Shown: positions 1 through 9,038, numbered from the stretch's first letter. The stretch: DNA of 35,809 nucleotides from Candidatus Cloacimonadota bacterium (GCA_029934195.1 JAOZMQ010000001.1:1-35809), one strand, 5' to 3'. Notes: generated by a model not told the origin, from the letters alone. Made by a program: numbers and translations.

Positions 1-45
1 GCGTTGGGTAAAGATAAAAAGAAAACTAAGCTACAGAGTAGCGAC
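1..45. repeat. Copy A of a ~45-nt repeat containing hairpin GCTAC-AGA-GTAGC; an inverted copy lies at 9101-9150
   Basis: Positions 1-44 align with the reverse complement of 9101-9150. GCGTT matches at the end, copy B has a 5-nt insertion, and about 36 of 40 columns are then identical by eye, including the 18-nt perfect block TAAGCTACAGAGTAGCGA. Read on the minus strand, the hairpin is followed by a T-rich tract. The copy touches the window edge, so its full extent is unknown. Confidence 0.7.
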
Positions 46-259
46 AAAAAAGAAAATTCAGAAAAAGAAGAAGCCGTGGATTTACGCAGAGTTACGCGGA
101 TATAAGAGAATAAATACTAAACGGAAAATAGCAAGAAATTGAAATAGTAGGATGATTATAAATTTTTTCTCTATTTTATCCATTATTATTAAAATTTCAA
201 TAAGAATTTATTCTTTTAAATCCGTGCAATCAGTGGCTTTTATCCTTTTCGTTCAGATA

Positions 260-697
260 CTAATTAAATTGATTCCCAAAAATAAGCCACTCCCCATTAT
301 CTTTCACGAAATACGATAAAAATCCAAATTCCTCAGAAGGCTCTGAGTATTGTTGTAATAATTGGGAATTATTTTTAAAGCTAAGAATAAAAGATGCCAC
401 AGCATAATTATCTTCAACATCAATCTCAATATTTGAAAATACAATTTCATCATAAAGTTGATAACGTTCTATCCAAGAAAAATTCTCATCAATTTTATTG
501 TAACTATTATGTAGAAAATCATCGTTATAATTATCCATAATGGAATCAATATTAAAAGAAAAATTGAACTCATCTTCAATATTATCTAAAATTGATGTAA
601 TTTCTGCAATAGCAATACTATCGCTCGAAGTAATGTCTTTGCAGGAAAAGAGAGAAATCACAATAACAAACACAAGTAATTTTCTTAAAATCTTCAC
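260..697 (-). CDS. Hypothetical lipoprotein (145 aa)
   Basis: The N-terminus MKILRKLLVFVIVISLFSC has a signal peptide and a lipobox-like LFSC. There is a 4-nt ATGA-type overlap with the upstream methyltransferase gene. No recognisable catalytic motif; an NTF2/SnoaL-like fold is only a guess. Confidence 0.6.
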   Translation of the reverse strand: MKILRKLLVFVIVISLFSCKDITSSDSIAIAEITSILDNIEDEFNFSFNIDSIMDNYNDDFLHNSYNKIDENFSWIERYQLYDEIVFSNIEIDVEDNYAVASFILSFKNNSQLLQQYSEPSEEFGFLSYFVKDNGEWLIFGNQFN

Positions 698-2040
698 TCA
701 CTTCTCTCTAAAATTACAACATTTTCAATATGATAAGTTTGAGGAAACATATCAAATGGCTGTATCTTTTTTATGACATAACCATTGCAAATAAAGTGTT
801 TTACATCTCGAACTTGAGTTGCCGGATCACAACTGATATAAATCACTTTGTGGATTTTAGCACTGCAAACAGTATCAATAATACTTTTTTCCAAACCTCT
901 TCTTGGTGGATCAAAAATAATAGTATCTATTGTATTCTTTTTACACAATGACGGAATTTTTTCTTCAACTTTACCGGTAATGAATTTGATGTTTGAAATT
1001 TTATTTATTTTTCCATTTTCAATTGCATCAAGACTTGAATTTTCATTTCTCTCAACACAAAAAACCTTATAAACTTTGTCGGAAAGAAAAATCCCAATTG
1101 TACCGATTCCACTGTAAGCATCAATAACAATATCACCACTATTGACATTACTGATAATAAAATTGTAAAGTTTAATTGCTTGACCGGAGTTCACTTGTAG
1201 AAACGAAAGATAGTTTACTTTGAAAGTTTTATTGTCAATTTCTTCATAAAAATAACTTTGTCCAAAAAGAATTTTATCTTCTTCACCAAGAATTGTATTT
1301 ACTGGTTTTCTATTTATATTTTGAATAATTCCAACAATATTTGGGAAATCAGTTGTTAATTTTTTTATCAATAAATTTGTAAAAGGTAATTTTTTACTCT
1401 TTGTAACAATGATAATAATTATCTGATTCATCGAGAAAGAATATCTTATTCCGAAGTGCCGAATATTTCCAGTATTATTTTCTTCATTGTAAATTTTTGC
1501 TTTTGATGATTTCAAATAATCAACAAAACTATTTGATAATTGATCAAATATCTCTGGTTGGATTACACAATTATTATGAACTATAACATTGTGAGATCTT
1601 CTTGCAAACATTCCTATTATTGGAATATTTTTCTTTACCGAGACCGGCAAATAGCTTTTATTTCGATAGTGTTCAGGGTAAGGAGACGGAATTGTTTCTT
1701 GAACTTCAATTTCATTTTTGGTAATTTTGTAAAACAAATCACTTATTATTTTTTGCTTGAAATCTATTTGATCTTGATAAGAAATATGTAACCAATCGCA
1801 ACCACCACAATTTCCAAAAACTTCACAAGATGGAATTATTCTCTTTGCTGATCTTTCAATAAATTTGTGAATTTTCCCAAAAAAGACATCACCTTTTTTA
1901 TGATTTATTTGAACATCAACAATATCATCTGGAATTGAATTTTGAACAAAAACAGCTTTTCCATCATGGAATCCTAAGCCAAAGCCCTTATATGTAAGTT
2001 TTTCAATCTTTAATTCTTTTATGATTTTATTGTAATACAT
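694..2040 (-). CDS. rlmD: 23S rRNA (uracil-5)-methyltransferase, RumA/RlmD family (TRAM + Fe-S cluster + SAM MTase)
   Basis: An N-terminal TRAM-like segment (GFGLGFHDGKAVFVQNSIPDD) is followed by the Cys cluster CEVFGNCGGCDWLH. A SAM-binding motif (VIDAYSGIGTIG), a DPPRRG motif and the catalytic Cys region YISCDPAT are present. The ORF-track start at 2079 is TTG. I prefer the ATG at 2040 (MYYNKII...), which is preceded by AGGAAAG. Confidence 0.85.
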   Translation of the reverse strand: MYYNKIIKELKIEKLTYKGFGLGFHDGKAVFVQNSIPDDIVDVQINHKKGDVFFGKIHKFIERSAKRIIPSCEVFGNCGGCDWLHISYQDQIDFKQKIISDLFYKITKNEIEVQETIPSPYPEHYRNKSYLPVSVKKNIPIIGMFARRSHNVIVHNNCVIQPEIFDQLSNSFVDYLKSSKAKIYNEENNTGNIRHFGIRYSFSMNQIIIIIVTKSKKLPFTNLLIKKLTTDFPNIVGIIQNINRKPVNTILGEEDKILFGQSYFYEEIDNKTFKVNYLSFLQVNSGQAIKLYNFIISNVNSGDIVIDAYSGIGTIGIFLSDKVYKVFCVERNENSSLDAIENGKINKISNIKFITGKVEEKIPSLCKKNTIDTIIFDPPRRGLEKSIIDTVCSAKIHKVIYISCDPATQVRDVKHFICNGYVIKKIQPFDMFPQTYHIENVVILERSE

Positions 2041-2753
2041 GGAATCTTTCCTGTTATCTGTAAAAACTTTAATCGCCAAACAACAAAAATAGCCTCTCTA
2101 ATAATTTTTTTTGACATCTTCGATTGTCCAACTCTTCTATCTGTAAAAATTATTGGGATTTCTTTAATCTTAAATCTTTTTAGCCAAACACGATAATTCA
2201 TTTCAATTTGAAAAGAATAACCATCAGATAGAATATCATCAAGCTCAATTTCTTCAAGAACTTCTCTCCTAAAACATTTAAAACCACCTGTAGGATCTTT
2301 AATAACCATTCCGGTTATCACTCTAACATAATAAGCAGCTAAGTAGCTTAAAATTAATCGACTTAGAGGCCAGTTAACCACATTTATTCCTTTAATATAT
2401 CGAGAACCGATAACAAGATCAGCTTCTTTAGCAGTCTCAATCATCTTTGGAATCATAGTCGGATCGTGTGAAAAATCAGCATCCATTTCCATAATATAAT
2501 CAAAATCTTTTTTTAATGCATACTTAAAACCAGCGACATAAGCAGAACCCAATCCCATTTTTCGGGGACGTGTATGGAGATGAATACGAATATCATCTTT
2601 TTTCATTTCTTCTACAATTTGAGATGTTCCATCAGGTGAATTATCATCAACAATTAAAACTTGTACAGATGAACTCTGTCCTAAAACTGCTGTAATTATC
2701 TGTCTAATATTTTCAGATTCATTATAGGTTGGTATTATAACCAAAGTTTTCAT
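2019..2753 (-). CDS. GT2 polyprenol/dolichol-phosphate mannosyltransferase (Dpm1/Ppm1-like)
   Basis: Motifs: VIIPTYNESENI, LIVDDNSPDGT, MDADFSHDP (DxD region), FKCFRREVLE. The ORF-track start at 2768 is TTG. The ATG at 2753 (MKTLVIIP) is preceded by GAGG, so I prefer it. Confidence 0.85.
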   Translation of the reverse strand: MKTLVIIPTYNESENIRQIITAVLGQSSSVQVLIVDDNSPDGTSQIVEEMKKDDIRIHLHTRPRKMGLGSAYVAGFKYALKKDFDYIMEMDADFSHDPTMIPKMIETAKEADLVIGSRYIKGINVVNWPLSRLILSYLAAYYVRVITGMVIKDPTGGFKCFRREVLEEIELDDILSDGYSFQIEMNYRVWLKRFKIKEIPIIFTDRRVGQSKMSKKIIREAIFVVWRLKFLQITGKIPCITIKS

Positions 2754-3362
2754 TATAACCTCACTCAATAATTACTTAAAGAAGTTGCATTCTTTTTTTT
2801 AGACAAAATTTAGTAAAGTTTTTTATAATGAAAAATAAATTATTCAATAAAGCTCAACCGGTTAATATTTTTTAGGAAATCCAAATTTTTGAAAAATGAA
2901 GAAAATTAAAAAAATCAGAAATATTAGTGAAGTTAAGTAAAAAAATCGGTTCATGAAGTTTTAATTGTAAGTTCTTTGTTTTTAGACAATTCTGTATTTT
3001 AAGGTTATTTATATTACAACACGTAACTATAAGTCTTTCTTCAAAATAGCAATAAATTCAGAATTCAAGAAAAGAGAAAAATTTTTAAAAAAAAGATCGA
3101 AATATGAATAAAATTTTATAAGTTTTGATATTAAAACTATTTAGATGATTGTAAAAAAAAACACTCTTTTGAAAGAAATTTTCAATAAAAAAAATCCATT
3201 CAAAAAACAATCTCTTGAAACATAATGAGAACAATAAAAAATGTAAAGGCATCTTTTGTGCCATACCTTATTCAATCATTCTATCTTGACACGTTTTATA
3301 ACTCTTTACAAATTAACAACTAACTTTAGAGAATGAGTTTTAGCAAACACACCCAATTACAC

Positions 3363-3385
3363 TCTATATCTTTGAAGAATATAGA
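3363..3385. promoter_or_regulatory. Candidate operator upstream of nrdD: inverted repeat TCTATAT-N9-ATATAGA; the left part (3359-3374, ACACTCTATATCTTTG) resembles an NrdR box
   Basis: The 7-bp perfect inverted arms are seen directly, about 65-85 nt upstream of the nrdD ATG. By eye, 11 of 16 positions match the published NrdR-box consensus acaCwAtATaTwGtgt. I found no convincing second tandem box. Confidence 0.25.
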
Positions 3386-3447
3386 CTTATGGATTTATCC
3401 TATAAATGACTGTTTTTTTTTAATATTATATTTACAAAGGAGAAGAA

Positions 3448-5541
3448 ATGATTCAATTAATTAGAAAAAGAAATTTAAGAATTGTAAATTTTGATAAAAA
3501 TAAAATCACCAATGCCATTGAAAAAGCTGGATTAGCTACAAAAGAATTTGATCTTAATATTGCAAAAACTCTTATGATGAGAGTTATAAATTTAACACAG
3601 CAAATGATTGATGATAAAATTCCAACAGTTGAGCAAATTCAGGATATTGTTGAAGAAGTTTTGCTCGCTTCACCTTACAAAAAAACTGCAAAATCTTATA
3701 TTATCTATCGTGACCAACATTCAAAAATTAGAGAAATCGTCTCAAAATCAAACGTAAATTTGATAGATCAATATCTTGAAAAACTTGATTGGCAAGTAAA
3801 AGAAAATAGCAATATGGCTTATTCTCTTCAAGGTTTAAACAATTATATTGCTTCTGAAGTAAGTAAAATTTACTGGCTCAACAAAATATATTCCCCGGAA
3901 ATCAAAAAATTACATCTTGAGGGAGACTTACATATCCATGATCTTGGTTTAATTTCAGTTTATTGTGTCGGATGGGATTTGATAGATTTACTGAAAACCG
4001 GTTTCAAGGGAGCAATTGGAAAAATTGAAAGTAAACCTGCAAAACATTTTAGAAGTGCTTTAGGACAGATTATTAATTTCTTCTATACTCTACAAGGTGA
4101 AGCTGCTGGAGCACAAGCATTTTCAAATTTCGATACTTTACTTGCTCCATTTATTCGCAATGATAATCTGACTTATAAAGAAATAAAACAAGCAATGCAA
4201 GAGTTCATTTTCAATATAAATGTTCCAACACGTGTAGGATTCCAAACTCCATTTACAAATATTACTATGGATCTTCTTGTACCATCAATTTATAAAGATC
4301 AACCTGTAGTTATTGGAGGCGAGCTTCAAAAAGAAACTTATTCTGATTATCAAAATGAAATGGATTTAATAAATCGTGCCTTTTTGGAAGTAATGAGTGA
4401 AGGTGATGCAAAAAATAGAGTATTTACTTTTCCAATTCCCACATACAATATCACTAAAGATTTTGATTGGGAAAATCCAACTCTCGATTATCTTTGGGAA
4501 GCAACAGCGAAATATGGTATTCCTTATTTCTCAAATTTTGTTAATTCCGATATGAGTCCAGATGATGCACGTTCAATGTGTTGTCGCTTACGACTTGATA
4601 CCAGAGAATTGGAAAAACGTGGTGGTGGTCTTTTTGGTGCAAACCCTTTGACCGGATCAATCGGAGTAGTAACTATCAATCTTCCAAGAATTGGATACAC
4701 TGCAAAAAATGAACAGGAATTTATAGATACCTTAGAGAATCTTATGGATTTAGCTCACCAAAGTTTAGAGATCAAACGTAAAACTCTGGAAAATTTTACA
4801 GTTAACGGTCTTTATCCATACACAAGATTTTATCTTCGTGATATTAAAGATAGATTTGATCAATATTGGAAAAATCATTTTTCAACAATTGGTATTCTTG
4901 GAATGAATGAAGCTTGTTTGAATCTTATTAATACAGATATTGGTACAGACGAAGGAACAGCTTTTGCCATTAGAATTATGGATTTTATGAGAAGTAAACT
5001 TATTAAATTACAAGAAAAAACAGGTAACAACTACAATCTTGAAGCAACTCCAGCTGAAGGAACTACTTATAGATTAGCTCAATTAGATAAAGGAAAATAT
5101 CCCGAAATTATTGTCGCCAATGAATCTGCTTACAAAAAAGGTGGTGAACCTTTTTACACAAATTCTACTCAACTTCCGGTCAATTATTCTGATGATGTTT
5201 TTGAAGCTCTTGATAAACAAGATGTTCTTCAGACAAAATATACTGGCGGAACAGTGTTACATATTTTTGGAGGAGAAAGAATCAGTAATAATCTTTCTGT
5301 AAAAAATTTAGTTAGAAAGGTCTGTGATAATTATCATCTTCCATATTTTACATTTTCACCAACTTTTAGTATTTGTCCAATTCACGGCTATCTCAATGGT
5401 GAACATAATAAATGTCCAAATTGCAATTCATTATGTGAAGTTTATTCAAGAGTAGTCGGCTATCTTCGTCCGGTTTCTCAATGGAATGATGGGAAAAAAG
5501 CTGAATTCGATTTAAGAGAAACCTTCAAACTGGCGGAGTAA
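3448..5541 (+). CDS. nrdD: Anaerobic ribonucleoside-triphosphate reductase (class III RNR), with N-terminal ATP-cone
   Basis: The ATP-cone start is IRKRNLRIVNFDKNKITNAIEKAG. The C-terminal Zn site is CPIHG...CPNC...C and the glycyl-radical motif is SRVVGYLRP. AAGGAG lies 5 nt upstream of the ATG. Length (697 aa) fits. Confidence 0.97.
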   Translation: MIQLIRKRNLRIVNFDKNKITNAIEKAGLATKEFDLNIAKTLMMRVINLTQQMIDDKIPTVEQIQDIVEEVLLASPYKKTAKSYIIYRDQHSKIREIVSKSNVNLIDQYLEKLDWQVKENSNMAYSLQGLNNYIASEVSKIYWLNKIYSPEIKKLHLEGDLHIHDLGLISVYCVGWDLIDLLKTGFKGAIGKIESKPAKHFRSALGQIINFFYTLQGEAAGAQAFSNFDTLLAPFIRNDNLTYKEIKQAMQEFIFNINVPTRVGFQTPFTNITMDLLVPSIYKDQPVVIGGELQKETYSDYQNEMDLINRAFLEVMSEGDAKNRVFTFPIPTYNITKDFDWENPTLDYLWEATAKYGIPYFSNFVNSDMSPDDARSMCCRLRLDTRELEKRGGGLFGANPLTGSIGVVTINLPRIGYTAKNEQEFIDTLENLMDLAHQSLEIKRKTLENFTVNGLYPYTRFYLRDIKDRFDQYWKNHFSTIGILGMNEACLNLINTDIGTDEGTAFAIRIMDFMRSKLIKLQEKTGNNYNLEATPAEGTTYRLAQLDKGKYPEIIVANESAYKKGGEPFYTNSTQLPVNYSDDVFEALDKQDVLQTKYTGGTVLHIFGGERISNNLSVKNLVRKVCDNYHLPYFTFSPTFSICPIHGYLNGEHNKCPNCNSLCEVYSRVVGYLRPVSQWNDGKKAEFDLRETFKLAE

Positions 5542-5543
5542 AA

Positions 5544-6233
5544 ATGCAAATTGGAGCAATACAAAAATTTTCGATGATTGATTATCAAGATAAAATATGT
5601 GCAATTATATTTACAGAAGGCTGTAATTTTCGTTGTCCATATTGTCATAATCCTGAACTAATAGAAGATTCAGGAAATAAAATCCGACCGACCAAAAGTG
5701 AAATTATAGATTTCTTAAAAACCAGAATTGGAAAATTAGATGCAGTTTCTATCACAGGTGGAGAACCAACAATTCATTCTGATTTACCGGATTTTATTAG
5801 AGAAATTAAAAATATGGGATTTCTAATAAAACTCGATACAAATGGAACTAATCCAAAAATGATAGAATTTCTTATAAAAGACAAACTAATAAACTATTTT
5901 GCAATGGATATCAAAGCACCATTAGAAAAATATGAAATCATAACAAATCTTCCTGTTGATACCAATAAAATCAAGAAAAGTATTGAGTTAATTAAGGATT
6001 CTGGAATTGATTATGAATTTCGAACTACAATAGTTGATATGATTCTTGATGTTGAGGATATTCTTCAAATCAAAAGATTATTGGGTAACGTAAAAAGTTA
6101 TTATTTACAAGATTTTGTATCGACTAAAACTTTGGACAAATCTTTCAATAATTATTCAACATTTTCAGAAGATAAAAAAATGGTTTTGATAGATAAATTT
6201 AATAAATCAGATATAAATTTTGCTGTACGATAA
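5544..6233 (+). CDS. nrdG: Anaerobic RNR activating protein (radical SAM)
   Basis: The radical-SAM cluster motif CNFRCPYCHN and a GGEP motif (SITGGEPT) are present. It lies 2 nt downstream of nrdD. Confidence 0.95.
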   Translation: MQIGAIQKFSMIDYQDKICAIIFTEGCNFRCPYCHNPELIEDSGNKIRPTKSEIIDFLKTRIGKLDAVSITGGEPTIHSDLPDFIREIKNMGFLIKLDTNGTNPKMIEFLIKDKLINYFAMDIKAPLEKYEIITNLPVDTNKIKKSIELIKDSGIDYEFRTTIVDMILDVEDILQIKRLLGNVKSYYLQDFVSTKTLDKSFNNYSTFSEDKKMVLIDKFNKSDINFAVR

Positions 6234-6265
6234 TTATATCTTGAGCTTACAAAACTCCTGACCCC

Positions 6266-6395
6266 AAAAAAGACCGAAGTCCCTGCAAAAACCAAATTTT
6301 TGAGCTATCACGAGGAATAAAACGGGTACGTTTTTAAAACGGGTACGTTAAAACGGGTACGTTTTTAAAACGGTTACGTTTTCCCGGTCTTTTTT
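6266..6395. terminator. Possible bidirectional terminator-like long stem: A6-GACCG (6266-6276) pairs with CGGTC-T6 (6385-6395) and encloses the tandem repeats
   Basis: An 11-bp perfect inverted repeat, AAAAAAGACCG / CGGTCTTTTTT, is separated by 108 nt. It sits between the convergent nrdG (+) and pgk-like (-) genes. On the minus strand there is also a small GAC-TTCG-GTC-TTTTTT hairpin at about 6266-6281. Confidence 0.35.
6319..6382. repeat. Four tandem copies of palindromic unit AAAACG-GGTA-CGTTTT (equivalent to a 31-nt unit duplicated with one mismatch)
   Basis: Copies are at 6319-6335, 6336-6349, 6350-6366 and 6367-6382; the last has GGTT in place of GGGT. Each unit can fold as a 6-bp stem with a 4-nt loop. 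All of this is read directly from the sequence. Confidence 0.9.
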
Positions 6396-6423
6396 ATTTT
6401 CAAAAGAGAAGGCTAAAGTTTTA

Positions 6424-7743
6424 TTAAGCTTTTTCTTTAAATCCTAATTTGTTTTTAATTAATGCTTGAACAGGTGCCAATCCTTTTACTGTTCCTTCAT
6501 GAATAGCTTTCAAAATAGTTCCACCTCCAGAAAAGAAATAATAATTTGGATCATCAACAGCAGCAATATATTGCCCCGGAAGTAATGATCTAAATTCTTG
6601 AAGTGTATCTCCCCCACCAAACATTTTATTGGCATTGATATTTTCTCCTATCAAAGAATACATTTTTTCTGTTCCTTTTGAGAAATGTGGAGTAAATCCC
6701 ATCACCGCATTTACAAAAATTGATTTTGCATTCATTATAACATTTATCATTTGATCTTCTTCAAAAGATTCTGGTGCAACATCTAAGATATAATTCAATT
6801 TTTGACCGGATTTTAAATCTGAGATATTAATCCTACGATATTTACCTGGAATTTTCCCTTCAAGTGTATCTGATTCTGTAATATATTTAGGCTCAATAAT
6901 TTTCTCAGTAAATTCTTTTGCGATTTCAAGAAAGGCTTTTGCTATTTTAAGATCAGCTTTGCTAATTCCTTTAATTGTAACATTATATTTAACTGAAAGA
7001 AAGGCATTTAAAATAACACCTCCCATTATAAGATGATCAACTTTATCCAATAATGAATGTAAAGGACCAATTTTAGTATCAAATTTTGAACCTGCAATAA
7101 TTGCCAATAATGGTGATTGAGGATTAAAAATTTGGTCAATATTTCTTATTTCATGTTGCATCAAATATCCTGCATAAGAAGGTAAATAATCACAAACTTT
7201 TATTGTTGATGTATGCGGTTGCCATGAGCCAAAAGCATCATTTACGAAAACATCAGCCAAACCAGCTAATTGCTCTCCTAATTTTTCAGAATCAAAACCA
7301 CCTGATTCTTCACCGCGAAACCAACGAATATTTGGTAAATAAATACCATCTATAGTTCCTGCTCGTAATCTTTTTATCAACAAATTCACAGCAGTATCAA
7401 TACCAATATAACCTCCGTTCTCCTTATCTTCTTTGAAATCAGGAACTACAAATTCAGTATATAGTTTGTTTCTTAAATAATCTACAATTGGCTTAATATC
7501 ATATTTGGAGTCCATATTGATAGTGCCACTTTTTTTATCACGAGGTCTTCCTACATGTGTACAAAGTATTAATTTTCCTCCTTTTGATAAGATATGGAAA
7601 AGGGTGCCAAAAGTTCTATCAATCCGGAAAGGATCTTTAATAACGTGTTTTTGAGCTACATTGTGATCAACTCTAACGAGAACGATTTTGTCTTTGAGGT
7701 CAGCATCTTGAATTCTTGGGATTTGATTCATATTTTTCTCCAT
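6424..7743 (-). CDS. Phosphoglycerate kinase family protein, divergent paralog 2 (439 aa)
   Basis: PGK-family motifs: DLKDKIVLVRVDHNV, THVGRP, LPNIRWFRGEE, VNDAFGSWQPH, AGSKFDTKI, GGGDT, SGGGT. Its ATG overlaps the upstream paralog's stop by 1 nt (TAATG). Confidence 0.8.
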   Translation of the reverse strand: MEKNMNQIPRIQDADLKDKIVLVRVDHNVAQKHVIKDPFRIDRTFGTLFHILSKGGKLILCTHVGRPRDKKSGTINMDSKYDIKPIVDYLRNKLYTEFVVPDFKEDKENGGYIGIDTAVNLLIKRLRAGTIDGIYLPNIRWFRGEESGGFDSEKLGEQLAGLADVFVNDAFGSWQPHTSTIKVCDYLPSYAGYLMQHEIRNIDQIFNPQSPLLAIIAGSKFDTKIGPLHSLLDKVDHLIMGGVILNAFLSVKYNVTIKGISKADLKIAKAFLEIAKEFTEKIIEPKYITESDTLEGKIPGKYRRINISDLKSGQKLNYILDVAPESFEEDQMINVIMNAKSIFVNAVMGFTPHFSKGTEKMYSLIGENINANKMFGGGDTLQEFRSLLPGQYIAAVDDPNYYFFSGGGTILKAIHEGTVKGLAPVQALIKNKLGFKEKA

Positions 7744-9038
7744 TATAGTTTATTTTCTGTTAGTACTTTTATAGGTTCAAGTCCGAGTGGAGTACCACTT
7801 TCAATTGCTTTCAAAACAGCTCCACCACCGGTAAAAATATAATATTTAGGGTGATCGAGAGCCATAATATAAAGTCCGGGAAGCAATCGTTTTAATTCTT
7901 GCATTGTATCACCACCACCATAAAGTTTTACAGCATTTCTATTTTGGTCAATTAATTCATCTAAGGCAATAGTTCCTGCATTAAAATGTGGAACTAAACC
8001 CATAACAGCATTGACAAAAATGGTATTTGCTTTAAGGAAAACTTCTTGAACTTCTAACTCAGTAAATGATTCTTGAGCTATATCAAGAATGTAATTTAAT
8101 TTTTGACCTTTATGTAATTTTCTAATGTCATGTTTTCTGAATTGCCCTTTAAATTTTCCAGCTAAAGTATCTGATTCTACAATAATAGGAAGCTCAATAA
8201 TTTTGTTTGGAAATTTTTTTGAAAAATCAACAAATTTTTCTGCTGCTTTAATATCATCCGCTGAAATACCTTTAATTGAGAAAGAATATTTTGCACACAA
8301 ATATGCATTATAAATAACTCCGCCTAAAATTAGATAATCCGTTTTCTCTAATAAAGCGAAAAGAGAATCAATTTTTGTATCAAATTTTGACCCTGCAACA
8401 ACTGATAGAAATGGCTTTTCTGGATTATAAATTCTATTTAAATTTTCAATTTCCTTTTGCATTAAAAATCCGGCATAAGATGGCATATATTTAGTTACAC
8501 CAATTGTACTTACATGCGGTTGCCACGAGCCAAAAGCATCATTTACAAAAATATCTGCTAAACCAGCCAATTGATGAGCAAATCTATCTGCGGATTCACC
8601 TTTAGCTTCTTCGCCTGCAAACCATCGAGTATTTGGCAAATAGATCCCATCAATTATTCCGGCTTTTAAATCTTTTATCAAATGATTTATAGAAGTTTCA
8701 ACACCAAGATAACCAGAAGTTCCATGTTGATAAAATTTCGGGACTTCTAACTTTATATGCAATTTGTTTTGAAGATAATCGACAATCGGCTTTATAGAAG
8801 TTTTTTCATCAATACAAATTTCTTGAGTTTTTTTATCTAAAGGTCTTCCAACATGCGTCATTAAGATAATTTTCCCACCTTTTGCATTAATATGATACAA
8901 AGTTCCTATTGTTGCATCAATCCTGTATGGATCGTGGATTAATCCATTTTTCACAACATTATGGTCAACTCTCACTAAAATTATCTTCCCTTTTAAATCA
9001 GCATCTTGAACTTTTGGTAACAATTTTGAAAGAACCAT
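7743..9038 (-). CDS. Phosphoglycerate kinase family protein, divergent paralog 1 (431 aa from preferred start)
   Basis: It carries the same motif set: DLKGKIILVRVDHNV, THVGRP, LPNTRWFAGEE, VNDAFGSWQPH, AGSKFDTKI, GGGDT, TGGGA. The ORF-track start at 9071 is GTG. I prefer the ATG at 9038 (MVLSKLLPKVQD), preceded by AAGGAG at a 6-nt spacing, which also aligns with the paralog's N-terminus. Confidence 0.8.
   Translation of the reverse strand: MVLSKLLPKVQDADLKGKIILVRVDHNVVKNGLIHDPYRIDATIGTLYHINAKGGKIILMTHVGRPLDKKTQEICIDEKTSIKPIVDYLQNKLHIKLEVPKFYQHGTSGYLGVETSINHLIKDLKAGIIDGIYLPNTRWFAGEEAKGESADRFAHQLAGLADIFVNDAFGSWQPHVSTIGVTKYMPSYAGFLMQKEIENLNRIYNPEKPFLSVVAGSKFDTKIDSLFALLEKTDYLILGGVIYNAYLCAKYSFSIKGISADDIKAAEKFVDFSKKFPNKIIELPIIVESDTLAGKFKGQFRKHDIRKLHKGQKLNYILDIAQESFTELEVQEVFLKANTIFVNAVMGLVPHFNAGTIALDELIDQNRNAVKLYGGGDTMQELKRLLPGLYIMALDHPKYYIFTGGGAVLKAIESGTPLGLEPIKVLTENKL

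Noticed and set aside
540-1072. Several 60-95-aa antisense ORFs in the ORF track: 540-776, 730-951, 848-1072, 1540-1791, 5111-5302, 7594-7842, 8125-8313, 15720-15902, 16620-16893, 18548-18905, 19648-19932, 20469-20663, 22339-22812, 24468-24665, 24871-25104, 25273-25470, 25657-25908, 27160-27357, 27822-28031, 31999-32211, 33245-33475, 34481-34908, 35033-35278 and 35579-35773.
   Set aside because: All are fully nested in, or antisense or out of frame to, strongly supported genes. They have low-complexity, stop-poor AT-rich composition and no motifs.
2754-3447. A cobalamin or other riboswitch, a tRNA, or a small protein gene (for example the 33-codon ATG ORF at 3225-3326) in the long nrdD upstream spacer.
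   Set aside because: I could see no GC-rich structured core, B12-box-like element or tRNA-like cloverleaf. The mini-ORF lacks an SD sequence. Class III RNR does not need B12. An Infernal scan would be needed to exclude an ncRNA formally.
6319-6382. The tandem repeats might be a CRISPR array.
   Set aside because: The units are 14-17 nt and directly abutting with no spacers. There are only four copies and no cas genes in the window.
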